A stretch of 63,531 bases of DNA, the filler included. It is 6 parts of 6 records of this genome, joined end to end, with 100 filler letters (N's around TTAATTAATTAA, not from the genome) between each part and the next. Parts side by side here need not be neighbours in the genome. Positions count along the whole stretch, not along the records: positions 39,101 to 63,531 come from SRR31156797_14608; 5 more parts are not named here. The stretch is one strand, 5' to 3'. Position 1 is the first letter of the stretch; every line of letters starts with the position of its first letter. Of the stretch, positions 41,850 to 53,000 are shown in pieces. The notes beneath the pieces were generated by a model. The model saw nothing but the letters and a program-made list of their open reading frames with translations, had not been told where the DNA came from and searched no databases. Both the position numbers and the translations under genes were made by a program.

Positions 41850-43237
41850 ATTTATACCTAAAAAAAACAGTATCAGCTATCAAAAGGAAAATGAAAGCCT
41901 GTAAACCGACAGTAGCTTCTGACGAAATGGAATTCCTTCCAGCCTCTCTAGAAATAGTAGAAACTCCTCCCTCACCCATTGGTAGAGCTATCATTTGGTG
42001 CATTGTCGCGTTCGTAGTCTTCGGTATTTTGTGGGCATGCCTTGGAAAAACAGACGTCGTCGCAGTGGCTGAAGGGAAAATAATTCCTTCCGGCAAGATC
42101 AAGACTATCCAACCCCTTGAGGATGGGGTTGTCTCAAAGATACTCGTACATGAAGGACAGAACGTCAAGAAAGGTGACATGCTCATTGAATTGGATACGA
42201 CTTCGAGCGGTGCGGATATGGAAAGACTGGATGCAGAGTTAGATGCTGCCCAACTTGAAAAAGCCCGTCTTGATGCCCTTATCGCTTGGCTCCCTAACGA
42301 GGGCGGACTCCCACACCTGAAAGTCCCTAAAGGAATAGACAAATATGAAGTTGAACAGGAAATAATCTACCTTGCTCAAGACGCACAAACTTTGCGCTCC
42401 AAACTCAAGACCTACGACAACGAAATCATACGGGTGAAAGCCCGGATGCGGGCAGCCAAACATACTGTAAACAAACTTCAAAGTACTTTACCAATCATCA
42501 CAAAACAAGCTGGAGCCCGTAAACGGCTCTATGAACAAGATGTTGCTCCTGAGGACGAATGGCTACAATTGGAAACCAAACGCATTGAGATTGAACAAGA
42601 TCTCAAGACCGAGCAGCAACAGTATCAGGAAACGGAAGCCTCTTTACTGCTAGCTAAGGAACAAAGGGTACAAACACTCTTAGAATACCAACGCAACCTC
42701 CTAGAACGAAGAACACAGATAGTCACACAAATTGAATCCCTCGTGCAGGAGTTAAAAAAGGCCACTCAGTTCGACACATTTCAACACATAACAGCCCCCG
42801 TCACAGGACGGGTGCAACAACTTAACATTCACACAGTGGGGGGGGTCGTCACGACAGCCCAACCGTTGATGATCCTTGTGCCCCAAAATTGCATCTTGGA
42901 AGTTGAAGCAAATATAAAGAACAAAGACATCGGTTTTGTCCACGAGGGGCAACAAGTCGAAATCAAGTTGGAAGCCTTCCCCTTCACGGAATACGGTATT
43001 ATTGATGGTACTCTTCGCCACATCTCCACCGACGCCGTCCCAACCGAGCAAGGCGACCTCTTCTACTTAGCTAGAGTCGACATGGACCAATCTCATATTA
43101 TGATCAACAACAAGAAGGTCAATTTGAGCCCCGGAATGAGGGCAACGGTAGAGGTCAAAATTAGAAAAAGGCGATTAATTGAATTCTTTCTGTCACCGCT
43201 GATGAAATATACAAGCGAAAGCATGAAAGAACGTTAA
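41846..43237 (+). CDS. hlyD: Type I secretion membrane-fusion protein
   Basis: EFLPASLEIVETPPSP, TM, APVTG.VQQL..HTVGGVV, AFPFTEYG, LSPGM. ATGA overlap with hlyB. Confidence 0.95.
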   Translation: MNLYLKKTVSAIKRKMKACKPTVASDEMEFLPASLEIVETPPSPIGRAIIWCIVAFVVFGILWACLGKTDVVAVAEGKIIPSGKIKTIQPLEDGVVSKILVHEGQNVKKGDMLIELDTTSSGADMERLDAELDAAQLEKARLDALIAWLPNEGGLPHLKVPKGIDKYEVEQEIIYLAQDAQTLRSKLKTYDNEIIRVKARMRAAKHTVNKLQSTLPIITKQAGARKRLYEQDVAPEDEWLQLETKRIEIEQDLKTEQQQYQETEASLLLAKEQRVQTLLEYQRNLLERRTQIVTQIESLVQELKKATQFDTFQHITAPVTGRVQQLNIHTVGGVVTTAQPLMILVPQNCILEVEANIKNKDIGFVHEGQQVEIKLEAFPFTEYGIIDGTLRHISTDAVPTEQGDLFYLARVDMDQSHIMINNKKVNLSPGMRATVEVKIRKRRLIEFFLSPLMKYTSESMKER

Positions 43238-43308
43238 ACGCTCTCCTTTTCCATTGTTTCGACTGTGGAAATTTTTTAAATTAATCTTTTATTTTAGAAT
43301 ACTATCGT

Positions 43309-44517
43309 ATGCGAATCTTAATAAGCCACACCAATTTCCCAGCTCAGTTCCGGCATATTGCAGAGTATCTCGGGAAAAACCCCAATAATGAAGTTATTTT
43401 TTTAACTAAAAATTTGCGTCCAGAATGGAATATCTCTGGAGTTAAAAAAGCCGTCTTCAAATCACCAAACGATAATAATTCGAAAATTCATCCTTTTTCT
43501 CGAGGATTTGAATTAGCCTGCCGCCATGGCGCCGAAGCTATGGCGTTATGTAAAAAAATCAAAAAGAAAGGATTCATTCCCGACGTAATTCTCGGACACT
43601 CAGGCTGGGGGCAAACTTTATTTTTGCGAGATATCTTTCCTGAATCTTCATTTGTTGGATATTTTGAATGGTATTATAATTCGAACAGCCAAGAATTACG
43701 ATTCGACAAAAGAGTGCGTTCAGAAGAAGAACTTGCCCTTCTCCGATCCCGGAATTCGTCAATTCTTCACGACTTGGTCTCTTGTGACCTCGGTATAACT
43801 CCAACAACTTGGCAGCGTAAACAGTTCCCTCCAGAGTTTCAAGACAAGCTAACGCCGGTGCACGACGGCATTAATACTCGTTATTTTTGTCCTGGCAAAT
43901 CGACACTCAACCTCCCCGACGTTAACCTTGATGGAACGGAAGAGATTGTAACATATTGTTCAAGAGGATTGGAACCCTATAGGGGATTCCCACAATTCTA
44001 TGAATCATTACCGAAGATTCTTGAGGCACGACCTAAATGTCATGTAATCATTGTGGGGGAAGACCGTGTTTGCTATAGTCCACGGTTACCAGATGGAAAA
44101 AGTTACAAGGAGTTGATGACTCAAAAGTTTAAAGTGGATCAAAATAGAGTTCATTTTACTGGGCCACTCCCTTACAAGCAATATAAGGAGGTGCTCCAGG
44201 CTTCGTCTGTACATGTCTATCTCACTTGGCCATTCGTACTTTCTTGGTCATTGTTAGAAGCGATGAGTTGCGGTTGCCTTGTAGTGGGATCTGATACCGA
44301 ACCGGTTCGTGAAGTCATAGAACATGAACACAATGGATTATTAACAGACTTTCACTCCCCTGACGCAATAGCGCGGACTGTTATTGAAGCTCTTACCCAA
44401 AAACAAAAATTCGATTTTTTAAGAATAAACGCACGGGAAACGATTCTTGAACTTTATTGCCTAAGTAAATGCTTGCCCGCATATCTGTCTGTCATTTATC
44501 GAGCTGGAAAGACTTGA
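43309..44517 (+). CDS. Family 4 glycosyltransferase
   Basis: H.NFPAQF, GHSGWG, HDGI, RGLEPYRGF, HVYLTWPFVLSWSLLEAMSCG. Confidence 0.92.
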   Translation: MRILISHTNFPAQFRHIAEYLGKNPNNEVIFLTKNLRPEWNISGVKKAVFKSPNDNNSKIHPFSRGFELACRHGAEAMALCKKIKKKGFIPDVILGHSGWGQTLFLRDIFPESSFVGYFEWYYNSNSQELRFDKRVRSEEELALLRSRNSSILHDLVSCDLGITPTTWQRKQFPPEFQDKLTPVHDGINTRYFCPGKSTLNLPDVNLDGTEEIVTYCSRGLEPYRGFPQFYESLPKILEARPKCHVIIVGEDRVCYSPRLPDGKSYKELMTQKFKVDQNRVHFTGPLPYKQYKEVLQASSVHVYLTWPFVLSWSLLEAMSCGCLVVGSDTEPVREVIEHEHNGLLTDFHSPDAIARTVIEALTQKQKFDFLRINARETILELYCLSKCLPAYLSVIYRAGKT

Positions 44518-44874
44518 ACCGATTCCTAAAACTATGACACTCTACCACGTTTTCATCTCATCCCCTGAAAAAAAAGGAATTAAAGAGTTCGCCCCCCCCT
44601 GCTGCACTTCATCTAATTAGTCCCGATCACCGCCTCTCTTCCTTCTCGCAATCATGCCACAGCATCATTCTTCTCGTTGTTGAGGCATTCAACGACCTTC
44701 TTGCCCCCCCCAAGCCCCCAAGCATACTCTAGACACTCTTGCCCGCCTGTGTTCTTCTCGCCCAATTGGGATGTGTCCAGCACACACAAACTATTCCCAC
44801 TTAATATCTATTCGTAACTTCACGAATCACACTAAAATAGCGTTTAATAATTACAAACAATTCAACGTCAAAGG

Positions 44875-44893
44875 GTTCACTTTATCAGTGAAC
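44875..44893. promoter_or_regulatory. Palindrome upstream of hsdM (candidate operator)
   Basis: GTTCACT-TTATC-AGTGAAC, ~40 bp before the ATG. Confidence 0.4.
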
Positions 44894-44933
44894 AGATGTA
44901 GAATTTTTAAAATTTGATATCAGGAATCTCAAC

Positions 44934-47486
44934 ATGACTCAGAAACTCACACTAGCGCGACTCGGTCGAAAACTCTTCCAGGCCTGCGACATACTCCGTG
45001 GCAACATGGAGGCATCAGAATACAAAGAATACATCTTCGGTATGCTCTTCCTGAAACGACTGAGCGACCAATTTCATAAGGATCGTGACGAACTGGCTCG
45101 GAAGTATGCCAAGAATGGGATGCCTAAAGAGGCGATGGTCCAACTCCTGGACACCCGCACCCAGTATACCTTTTACGTGCCAGAAAGAGCACGCTGGGAT
45201 CAGCTTCGCCACCTAAAAAAAGACGTCGGTTCCGAGTTGAACAAGGCCCTTGCTGAGGTTGAAGAGGCCAATCCTGAGACCCTCCAGGATGTGCTCAAAA
45301 CCATCAACTTCAACCGCAAGGTTGGACAACGTACCCTTGATGACAGCACGCTCATCGATTTCATTCAGCATTTTGAAGGTCTTTCTCTCAGCAATGATGA
45401 CTTCGAGTTCCCTGACCTTCTGGGTGCAGCTTATGAATATCTGATTAAGTTCTTCGCAGACAGTGCTGGTAAGAAAGGTGGCGAATTCTACACCCCCGCT
45501 GAAGTTGTCCGCACCTTGGTGGAGATCATTGATCCTCATGAAGGCATGGGTGTGTATGACCCCACTTGTGGCTCTGGCGGTATGCTCATCCAGTCAGCCA
45601 AATATGTTCAAGAATGCGGTGGAGACACGACCAACCTCACGCTTGCAGGTCAGGATAGCATCGGCAGCACATGGGCAATGTGCAAGATGAACATGATCCT
45701 CCACGGGAATGTCGGCCAGGACATCAGGCAGGGCGACGTGCTCAAGGAGCCGCAGCACCTGACCAAAGATCATGAGCTGAGAACGTGGGACAGGGTCATT
45801 GCCAATCCGCCCTTCTCCCAAAACTACAGCAAGACGGGCATGACCTTTGAGCACCGCTTTGACACGTGGTTGCCGACCACTGGCAAGAAGGCAGACCTGA
45901 TGTTCGTCCAACACATGGTGGCCGTACTCAAGGACAATGGCCGCTGTGCTGTCATCATGCCCCATGGCGTTCTCTTCCGAGGTGGCGAGGAACGCAACTG
46001 TCGTCAAAAGTTCATTGAGGATGGTCGCCTTGAAGCTGTGATCGGCTTACCACCATCTCTCTTCTACGGTACTGGTATACCTGCCTGCATCCTCGTCTTG
46101 AATAAGGAAGGGGCTGCTCAACGTAACCACGTGCTCTTTGTCAATGCTGACCGGGAATACAAGGAAGGCAAGAACCAAAACCAACTCAGGCCGGAGCACA
46201 TCGCCAAGATCACGCATGTTTACCACAACAAGTTGGAGGTAGATGGATACTCCCGCCTCGTTCCTGTTGATGAGATCAAAGGGGAAGGCTTCAACTGCAA
46301 CATCCGCAGGTACGTGGACAACTCCCCACCGCCTGAACCGCAGGATGTCAGAGCACATCTCCATGGCGGCGTTCCCACTCCTGAAGTTGAGGCACTGCAA
46401 AGCTATTTCGACAACTACGCCGACACCCGCAATCTTCTCTTCAAACCAAAGTATGAAGGATATCTGGACTTCACCAATGCAGTGACAGGTAACGGAAGCA
46501 TCAAGGCCCTCATTGAGCAGTCCCACGGTGTTCAGGAAAAGCATGACCTCTTCCGAGAAACCTTAGAAAAATGGTGGCTGGATAATGTAGGCGCAGTCGC
46601 CAATCTGGACAACGAAGGCAACGTCTTTGACTACCGCCGCAACTTCTTTGACTCCATTGCCCAGTCGCTTGTGACTGAAAATATTCTTACCCTCCACAAA
46701 GTGCGTGGGGCCTTTGCCAGTTTCTGGAATGATCTGGAGAGCGACTTCAAATCAATCGCTGCCAGTGGTTGGAGCGCAGACCTGATTCCTGATGACGACA
46801 TCCTTCAATCCCAATTCCCTGATGTCTTGAAAAAAGTCGAGCAGGATAAAACGCGTATCAATGAACTTGAAGGCATGTTCGCAGCAGCGAGTGAAGCCGA
46901 TCCTGATGACGACGGCGAAGCCCCTGAAACTGGTGTATTGCCCAAGCCCCTCGTGAAGGCCCTGAAGGACGAAAAAAAGGGGTACAACGGGGAACTGAAA
47001 GGACTGAGAAAAGAATTGAAGGAACTGAAGGCTGACCTCAAGCGGATGAATGAGGCTGATAATATTGAACTCGCAGATATCTCGGCACAGGCAAACAGAA
47101 TTGACCGGACGGATCATCGAATCAAGGATCTGAACGGCTCCAAAGATGCTCTTGATGAACAACTCAAGGGACATGCTGAGCTGGAAAAGGAACTGAAGGA
47201 TCTCAAGGCAGGCATTCGTACAGTGGAAAACCAGATGGATGAACTGGTTGCCCAGGCCCGTGAGAAGATCTCGGAAAAGGAAGCCAAGACGCTTATCCTC
47301 CAGCGATTCCACAATGAGTTGATAGGGACGTATGACGACTATCTCCATCAGTACCTTCGTGGCTTCACCGCAGCCGTTGATGTACTTTGGGACAAGTATG
47401 CCGTGACCTTGAACGATATCCTTGCTGATAGGGACCGTGAGGCTAAGCAGTTGGATGGATTCTTGATGGAGTTGGGATATGAGTAA
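44934..47486 (+). CDS. hsdM: Type I R-M methyltransferase subunit with long C-terminal coiled-coil extension
   Basis: [36 protein letters not shown] (N6-adenine), PHGVLFRG. Confidence 0.96.
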   Translation: MTQKLTLARLGRKLFQACDILRGNMEASEYKEYIFGMLFLKRLSDQFHKDRDELARKYAKNGMPKEAMVQLLDTRTQYTFYVPERARWDQLRHLKKDVGSELNKALAEVEEANPETLQDVLKTINFNRKVGQRTLDDSTLIDFIQHFEGLSLSNDDFEFPDLLGAAYEYLIKFFADSAGKKGGEFYTPAEVVRTLVEIIDPHEGMGVYDPTCGSGGMLIQSAKYVQECGGDTTNLTLAGQDSIGSTWAMCKMNMILHGNVGQDIRQGDVLKEPQHLTKDHELRTWDRVIANPPFSQNYSKTGMTFEHRFDTWLPTTGKKADLMFVQHMVAVLKDNGRCAVIMPHGVLFRGGEERNCRQKFIEDGRLEAVIGLPPSLFYGTGIPACILVLNKEGAAQRNHVLFVNADREYKEGKNQNQLRPEHIAKITHVYHNKLEVDGYSRLVPVDEIKGEGFNCNIRRYVDNSPPPEPQDVRAHLHGGVPTPEVEALQSYFDNYADTRNLLFKPKYEGYLDFTNAVTGNGSIKALIEQSHGVQEKHDLFRETLEKWWLDNVGAVANLDNEGNVFDYRRNFFDSIAQSLVTENILTLHKVRGAFASFWNDLESDFKSIAASGWSADLIPDDDILQSQFPDVLKKVEQDKTRINELEGMFAAASEADPDDDGEAPETGVLPKPLVKALKDEKKGYNGELKGLRKELKELKADLKRMNEADNIELADISAQANRIDRTDHRIKDLNGSKDALDEQLKGHAELEKELKDLKAGIRTVENQMDELVAQAREKISEKEAKTLILQRFHNELIGTYDDYLHQYLRGFTAAVDVLWDKYAVTLNDILADRDREAKQLDGFLMELGYE

Positions 47487-48777
47487 CGAACAACTCAAGC
47501 TAAAACTCCCAAACGTAGATTGGGAAATCGTGGATATTGGCTCTAAGGCGTTGTTAGTGAAGGACGGAACTCACGGAACTCACAAACGAGTTGAGAAAGG
47601 CATTCCATTACTCAGTGCGAAAAACATCTCTAAATCCTGTAAAGTCATTATGGATGACTTCGATTCTCTTGTTTCTGAAGAGGACTACCGGGCCATACAC
47701 CGCACCTATGAGTTGATACCTGATGACTTGCTCATTACAGTTGTTGGAACGCTTGGCCGTGCAGCTCTTGTAGAGCCTGATACTAAGTTCACGATTCAAA
47801 GAAGTGTTGCTGTTGTTCGTTTTGACACTTCTGAAGTTGAACCTCGATTCGCCCTTCAGGTTACCCAAGGAGAGTTTTTTCAACGACAACTGGCTCTTCG
47901 TTCAAACGCGACTGCACAGGCTGGTGTATACTTGGGTGAGTTGTCTCGAATCGAATTCCCTAAGCCTGTTCAGGCTGTACAACGCAAGATCGCCAAGATC
48001 CTCACCACGGTGGACAACCAGATTGAGAAGACTGAGGCGCTCATCGACAAGTATCAGGCTGTGAAGCAGGGCATGATGCACGATCTCTTCACCCGTGGCA
48101 TGGATGAGAATGGACAGCTTCGGCCAAGGCGTGAGGATGGTGGACTTGGTAGGTGGGAAATAAAGCCTCTGAAACTTGTCGCAGATGTTGGTTCAGGAGT
48201 AACGCTAGGCCGCAAGTTTGGCAACCTACAGACTGTAAGTATTCCCTATTTGAGGGTAGCCAACGTACAGGATGGGTATCTTGATCTCAATGAAATCAAA
48301 GTCGTAGAAGTCCTTCCTGCGGATGTTGATAGATATGCTCTAAAAACAGGCGACCTACTCCTTACTGAGGGTGGTGATTTTGACAAGTTGGGTAGAGGAG
48401 CATTGTGGCGAGAAGAGGTGAAAGGCTGCATACATCAAAACCATATTTTTAAGGTGCGGCCCAACAAGGATGTTATTATGCCAGAGTTTTTAGAAGCCAT
48501 CATTGGTTCCTGGTATGGCAAGAAATACTTCATACTCTCTGCAAAACAAACGACCAATCTTGCCTCCATCAACTCTACACAATTGAAAGCATTTCCTGTT
48601 CCTTGCCCATCCCTAAAAGAGCAGCAGCAGATAGTTGTTGCCCTCCAATCCATTTCAGGAACGTTGCATCAAGAACAACTACTTCGGTGCAAGTTAAGAG
48701 CAATCAAGACCGCCCTCATGCAAGACCTCCTCACAGGCAAGATTCCGGTAACTCCTGACAACGAAAAAGCCGCGTAA
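47479..48777 (+). CDS. hsdS: Type I R-M specificity subunit
   Basis: Two TRDs; conserved [21 protein letters not shown] and [17 protein letters not shown]. Confidence 0.95.
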   Translation: MSNEQLKLKLPNVDWEIVDIGSKALLVKDGTHGTHKRVEKGIPLLSAKNISKSCKVIMDDFDSLVSEEDYRAIHRTYELIPDDLLITVVGTLGRAALVEPDTKFTIQRSVAVVRFDTSEVEPRFALQVTQGEFFQRQLALRSNATAQAGVYLGELSRIEFPKPVQAVQRKIAKILTTVDNQIEKTEALIDKYQAVKQGMMHDLFTRGMDENGQLRPRREDGGLGRWEIKPLKLVADVGSGVTLGRKFGNLQTVSIPYLRVANVQDGYLDLNEIKVVEVLPADVDRYALKTGDLLLTEGGDFDKLGRGALWREEVKGCIHQNHIFKVRPNKDVIMPEFLEAIIGSWYGKKYFILSAKQTTNLASINSTQLKAFPVPCPSLKEQQQIVVALQSISGTLHQEQLLRCKLRAIKTALMQDLLTGKIPVTPDNEKAA

Positions 48778-48789
48778 AGGACTCCCGCT

Positions 48790-49671
48790 ATGAGCAAGAA
48801 GCAACACCCTTCCACGATCAACATCTTCCTGGCTGACGGAGATCCCGACGGCCTGCGCATCATTGGCAAGTCGCACTGGACAGGTAAGGGGATCGTCTTC
48901 ACCCGCTCAGGCTACAAGGATGCTTCCAAGCGCAAGGAATTCCAAAAAACAGGTGTGTACGTTCTGGTTGGTGAGACTGAAGACAGCAGCTTGCCCCTCA
49001 TCTACATCGGTGAAGGTGAGCCAGTGAAACGCCGCATCGACAGCCACTACGCCAACAAGGATTTCTGGAACTGGGGCGTGTTCTTTGTTTCCTCTGACAA
49101 CAGCCTGAATAAAGCGCATGTGAAGAATCTGGAGAGTCAGCTCATCAAGCTGGCTGACCAGACCAAGCGTGCCAAGCTGGAGAACGCCAAAGGCTCAGAA
49201 GCCCCTACACTGACTGAATGGGAAGAGGCTGATGTAGACAGCTTCCTCAATGATATGTTGAACGTCTTCCCTTTGATCGGATTGAACGCTTTCAAGAAGC
49301 CTTCAAAGAAGAAGTCAGAAAGGAAATACCCACTTCTTTACCTGAATGCCCGTGGTGTTGAGGCGAGAGGGCAGGATAGAGATGAGGGATTTGTCGTCTT
49401 CAAGGATTCTCTCGTCGCCGGGACAACCACCAAATCTATCCACAATTACCTCGTGGAGCTAAGAGAGTCCCTTATTGCTTCAGGTGTACTGTATCCGATC
49501 AACAAGGAAGATTGGCACTTTGTTCAAGACTACACCTTTGGCTCTCCAAGCACTGCGGCAGGCGTGGTTATGGGGCGCAACACCAATGGACGGGAGCAAT
49601 GGAAAACAGGAAGCGGCAAAACCCTCAAGAAACACCAGGAAGAACAGGTTGCTGATACAGCAGAGGAATAA
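48790..49671 (+). CDS. GIY-YIG nuclease + DUF4357 (RAMA-like) domain protein
   Basis: GVYVL....IYIGE.E...R...H...KDFW, LE; C-terminal FVV.K.S..F.QDY.F.SPS.AA.VV.GR..NG..QWK. Confidence 0.9.
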   Translation: MSKKQHPSTINIFLADGDPDGLRIIGKSHWTGKGIVFTRSGYKDASKRKEFQKTGVYVLVGETEDSSLPLIYIGEGEPVKRRIDSHYANKDFWNWGVFFVSSDNSLNKAHVKNLESQLIKLADQTKRAKLENAKGSEAPTLTEWEEADVDSFLNDMLNVFPLIGLNAFKKPSKKKSERKYPLLYLNARGVEARGQDRDEGFVVFKDSLVAGTTTKSIHNYLVELRESLIASGVLYPINKEDWHFVQDYTFGSPSTAAGVVMGRNTNGREQWKTGSGKTLKKHQEEQVADTAEE

Positions 49672-49674
49672 CCC

Positions 49675-50085
49675 ATGCCCAGCTACTTCAAAGACCAAAC
49701 AGAAATCAAGGCGTCATGGCGTGCAGTACAACTGTGGCAAATCCTTGTCGGGTGCGCTTGCAACCAGCAGATTCTCACCTATGGCCAATTGGCTGAGATG
49801 ATGGGCTATAAGAAAACGTTTCCCCTTCCGTTAACATGGCCTTTGGGACATATCATGTTCTATTGTCAGGATGAAAAACTGCCTCCGCTCACGGCTCTCG
49901 TGGTGCGCAAGGACGGCGGTGCTCCTGGTGAGGGCTTGGAGATCGATTGGGAAGAGTATGAGACACTCGATGCCGCTCGAATGGCTGTTTTTGAGTATGG
50001 AAAGAAATGGCATTCGATAATCCCGCCCACAGCAGAGCAGTTCAACCAGACATGGGAAAACGCCAAAGCAGAAGGCAGAGGCTAG
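49675..50085 (+). CDS. Hypothetical winged-helix protein resembling the MGMT/ATL DNA-binding fold
   Basis: LWQIL...ILTYGQLAEMMG...LG.I...LPPLTALVVRKDGGAPG; abuts both neighbours in the operon. Confidence 0.7.
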   Translation: MPSYFKDQTEIKASWRAVQLWQILVGCACNQQILTYGQLAEMMGYKKTFPLPLTWPLGHIMFYCQDEKLPPLTALVVRKDGGAPGEGLEIDWEEYETLDAARMAVFEYGKKWHSIIPPTAEQFNQTWENAKAEGRG

Positions 50086-50094
50086 GAGTACTCT

Positions 50095-53000
50095 ATGTCT
50101 GAATATGCCTTTGTCGAGAAACCCTTCCTTGATCAACTGGCCACGCTTGGCTGGCAGTCCTTTGATCTTGGCCAAGGTATCCCGCAAGATCCTGCCACCA
50201 GCTTCCGCACCTCCTTCCGTGAGACCGTCCTTAAGGGGGTATTCACCGAGAAGATCCGTGCCATCAACCTTACTGAAGACGGGCAGGAATGGCTGACCGA
50301 CAAACAGCTTGATGATCTTTACCATGAGATCGCGAACCAACCTATTGCTACGAGTCTGCTGGAGGCCAACGAGAACGTCCTCAAACTCCTCTTCAAGGCT
50401 CAGGTGGATGTCAATGACATGACCGGAGAAATTGACCCTGTGGTCAAGTTCATCGACTTCGACAATCCGCTCAACAACGATTTCCGAGCCATCAATCAAT
50501 TCCGCATCAATACCCCCGGAAGCGTAAAAAACTTTATCATCCCGGACATCGTACTGTTCGTGAACGGCCTGCCTTTGGTCGTGGTCGAGTGCAAGGATAG
50601 CAACATCTTCACCTCCAATCCGATTTATGAAGCCATTACGCAGATAAAACGGTACAGCGACCAACGTGAAGAGACCAGGGCTGAGGGATTGCGCGAAGGT
50701 GAACCGGCTCTTTTTTTTACCAACCAGATAGTCATCGCTACCTGTGGGGATAAGGCCAAGTTTGGCTCCATTACGGCAACAGAAAAGTATTACTTCGCCT
50801 GGAAGGACATCTACCCGGAGGAATTCAGAGAATTCGTCCCCCCTTTGGGTAAAAAGCGTGAACAGGAAACCCTGATTCAAGGGATGCTGCCACCAGAGAC
50901 GTTACTCGACATTATCCGTTCCTGCATCGTGTTCATGGATGTTGGCGAGATTCGTGTGAAGGCCGTTTGTCGATACCAGCAATACAGAGCCGTCAACAAA
51001 ATCGTGGAGCGCCTCCGCGCAGGTGATACACCCAAGACTCGTTCCGGTGTGGTCTGGCATACGCAGGGATCAGGCAAGTCGCTGACCATGGTATTTTTGG
51101 TTCGCAAGCTGAGGATATGTAATGACCTCAAGGACTACAAGGTCATGTTCATGACTGATCGCAAGGACCTTGAGAAACAGCTCGGCAAGACCGCTGAACT
51201 GACCGGGGAAAAAGTCACCTATATCCAGAGCACAAAGGACCTGAGGAACAAGCTGGGTAACGATGCGTCCAACCTCAACATGGTCATGGTCCACAAGTTT
51301 GGTGAGGCAGATAACGGCAAGGCTCCTGACTACCTGAATGAGGCTCTGGAAAAAATCCCTCAGTATGAAAATTTTGGAGTCGTCAATCCGTCTGACCGCA
51401 TTGCCATCATGATAGATGAAGCTCACAGGAGTCATAACAAGGATCTTGGGGATAACGTCTTTGAGGCATTCCCACAGGCCACCCGCATCGCCTTTACTGG
51501 TACACCTTTGTTGAGTGGGCTGAGTCAGGCTCCGACCATTGAGCGGTTTGGTGGGTACATCGACAAATATCGTCTTCAGGACGCTGTGGATGACGGTGCC
51601 ACTGTTCAAATCCTTTATGAAGGTAAGACCGCTGATACGGCTATTTATGACAAGGCTGGATTCGACAAGAAATTTGAAGACCTTTTTAAAGACAGGTCGG
51701 CCGAAGATATTCTTGAGATCAAGAAGCGGTATGGTGCCACCGGGGACATTCTGGAAGCAGAGGGACGCATCAAGGAGATTGCCGAGGACCTTGTTGACCA
51801 CTACATCGACAATATTTTGCCCAACGGTTTTAAGGCTCAAGTCGTCGCTAACTCCAAGCTGGCAGCAGTCAGGTATGTGAAATACATCCGCCAGGCTTTG
51901 GCGAACAGGATTGCAGCAGAACAGTCCGCAGTTCAGCCAAACGAGGATATGATCGCACTGTTACAATTTTTACAGACAGCGGCGGTGCTTTCGGTAGATG
52001 GCACAAATGATTCTGCGGCCATCGTCAATGCTGTCAAAGAAGCAAAGCGGCTCAATGTTGTCGCCAACTTCAAAAAACAGTTCGACCGAGCAAAACCTGA
52101 GACAGGTATGACCCTTTTGGTTGTCTGTGACATGCTCCTGACAGGATTCGATGCCCCTGTTGAGCAGGTGATGTACATCGACAAGAAAATCAAGGAGCAC
52201 AACCTTCTCCAGACCATAGCCCGTGTGAACCGTATCAGCGAAGGCAAAACCCGTGGCTACATCGTGGACTACATAGGTCTTGCCAATCATCTCCAGCACG
52301 CGCTTTCAATCTACGCAGGAGGTGAGGACTACGATGATGTTCAGGCTTCAATGTTGGATCTAACCGCTGAAATACCCACGCTTGAGAGCCGATACCGCCG
52401 TTTGCTTTACCTTTTCACCTCCCATGGCCTGGACGACATCGAAGACTTTGTTCAGCAGAGGTTGGACGACAAACGAGAGTTTGAGTTTGTGGAAGAAGCC
52501 GTGGACTTGATGGAAGATATCAAGAAAAGAGCCGACTTTGAGGTTTATCTGAAGAAGTTCCTCCAGAGTATGGATATCATCCTGCCGAACTCGGCTGCAT
52601 CTTCATACAAGATTCCGGTAAAACGATTTGGCTACCTCTTGGCAAAGGTAAAGCACAGGTATAAGGACAACTCCCTCAACCTTGCCGGCGCTGGTGCCAA
52701 AGTGAAAATGCTCATCAACCAGCATCTGGTCGGCATGGGCATAGATCCCAAGATCAAACCTGTCGAGCTACTTTCTGACCAGTTCACTGAATCTGTAGAA
52801 TCTAACAAGAGTACCAAGGCCAAGGCTAGTGAAATGGAACACGCCATCAGAAAACACTGTAAGGTCCATTTTGGCAAAGATCCTGAAGCCTACGACAGGT
52901 TGAGCGAAAAATTGGAAAATCTGATCAAGAAGCACAAAGAGGACTGGGACAGACTCTACAAAAGCCTTCTCGCTCTCTGTGAAGAAGTAAGAAAAATTGA

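Noticed and set aside
47479-48777. Phase-variable hsdS shufflon driven by the nearby recombinases
   Set aside because: There is only one hsdS, and no extra TRD cassettes or flanking inverted repeats were seen.
49831-50880. Long antisense ORFs (349 aa here; also 20472-21494, 13216-14073, 46752-47498, 51070-51840)
   Set aside because: They are shadow ORFs opposite well-conserved genes and have no recognisable motifs.
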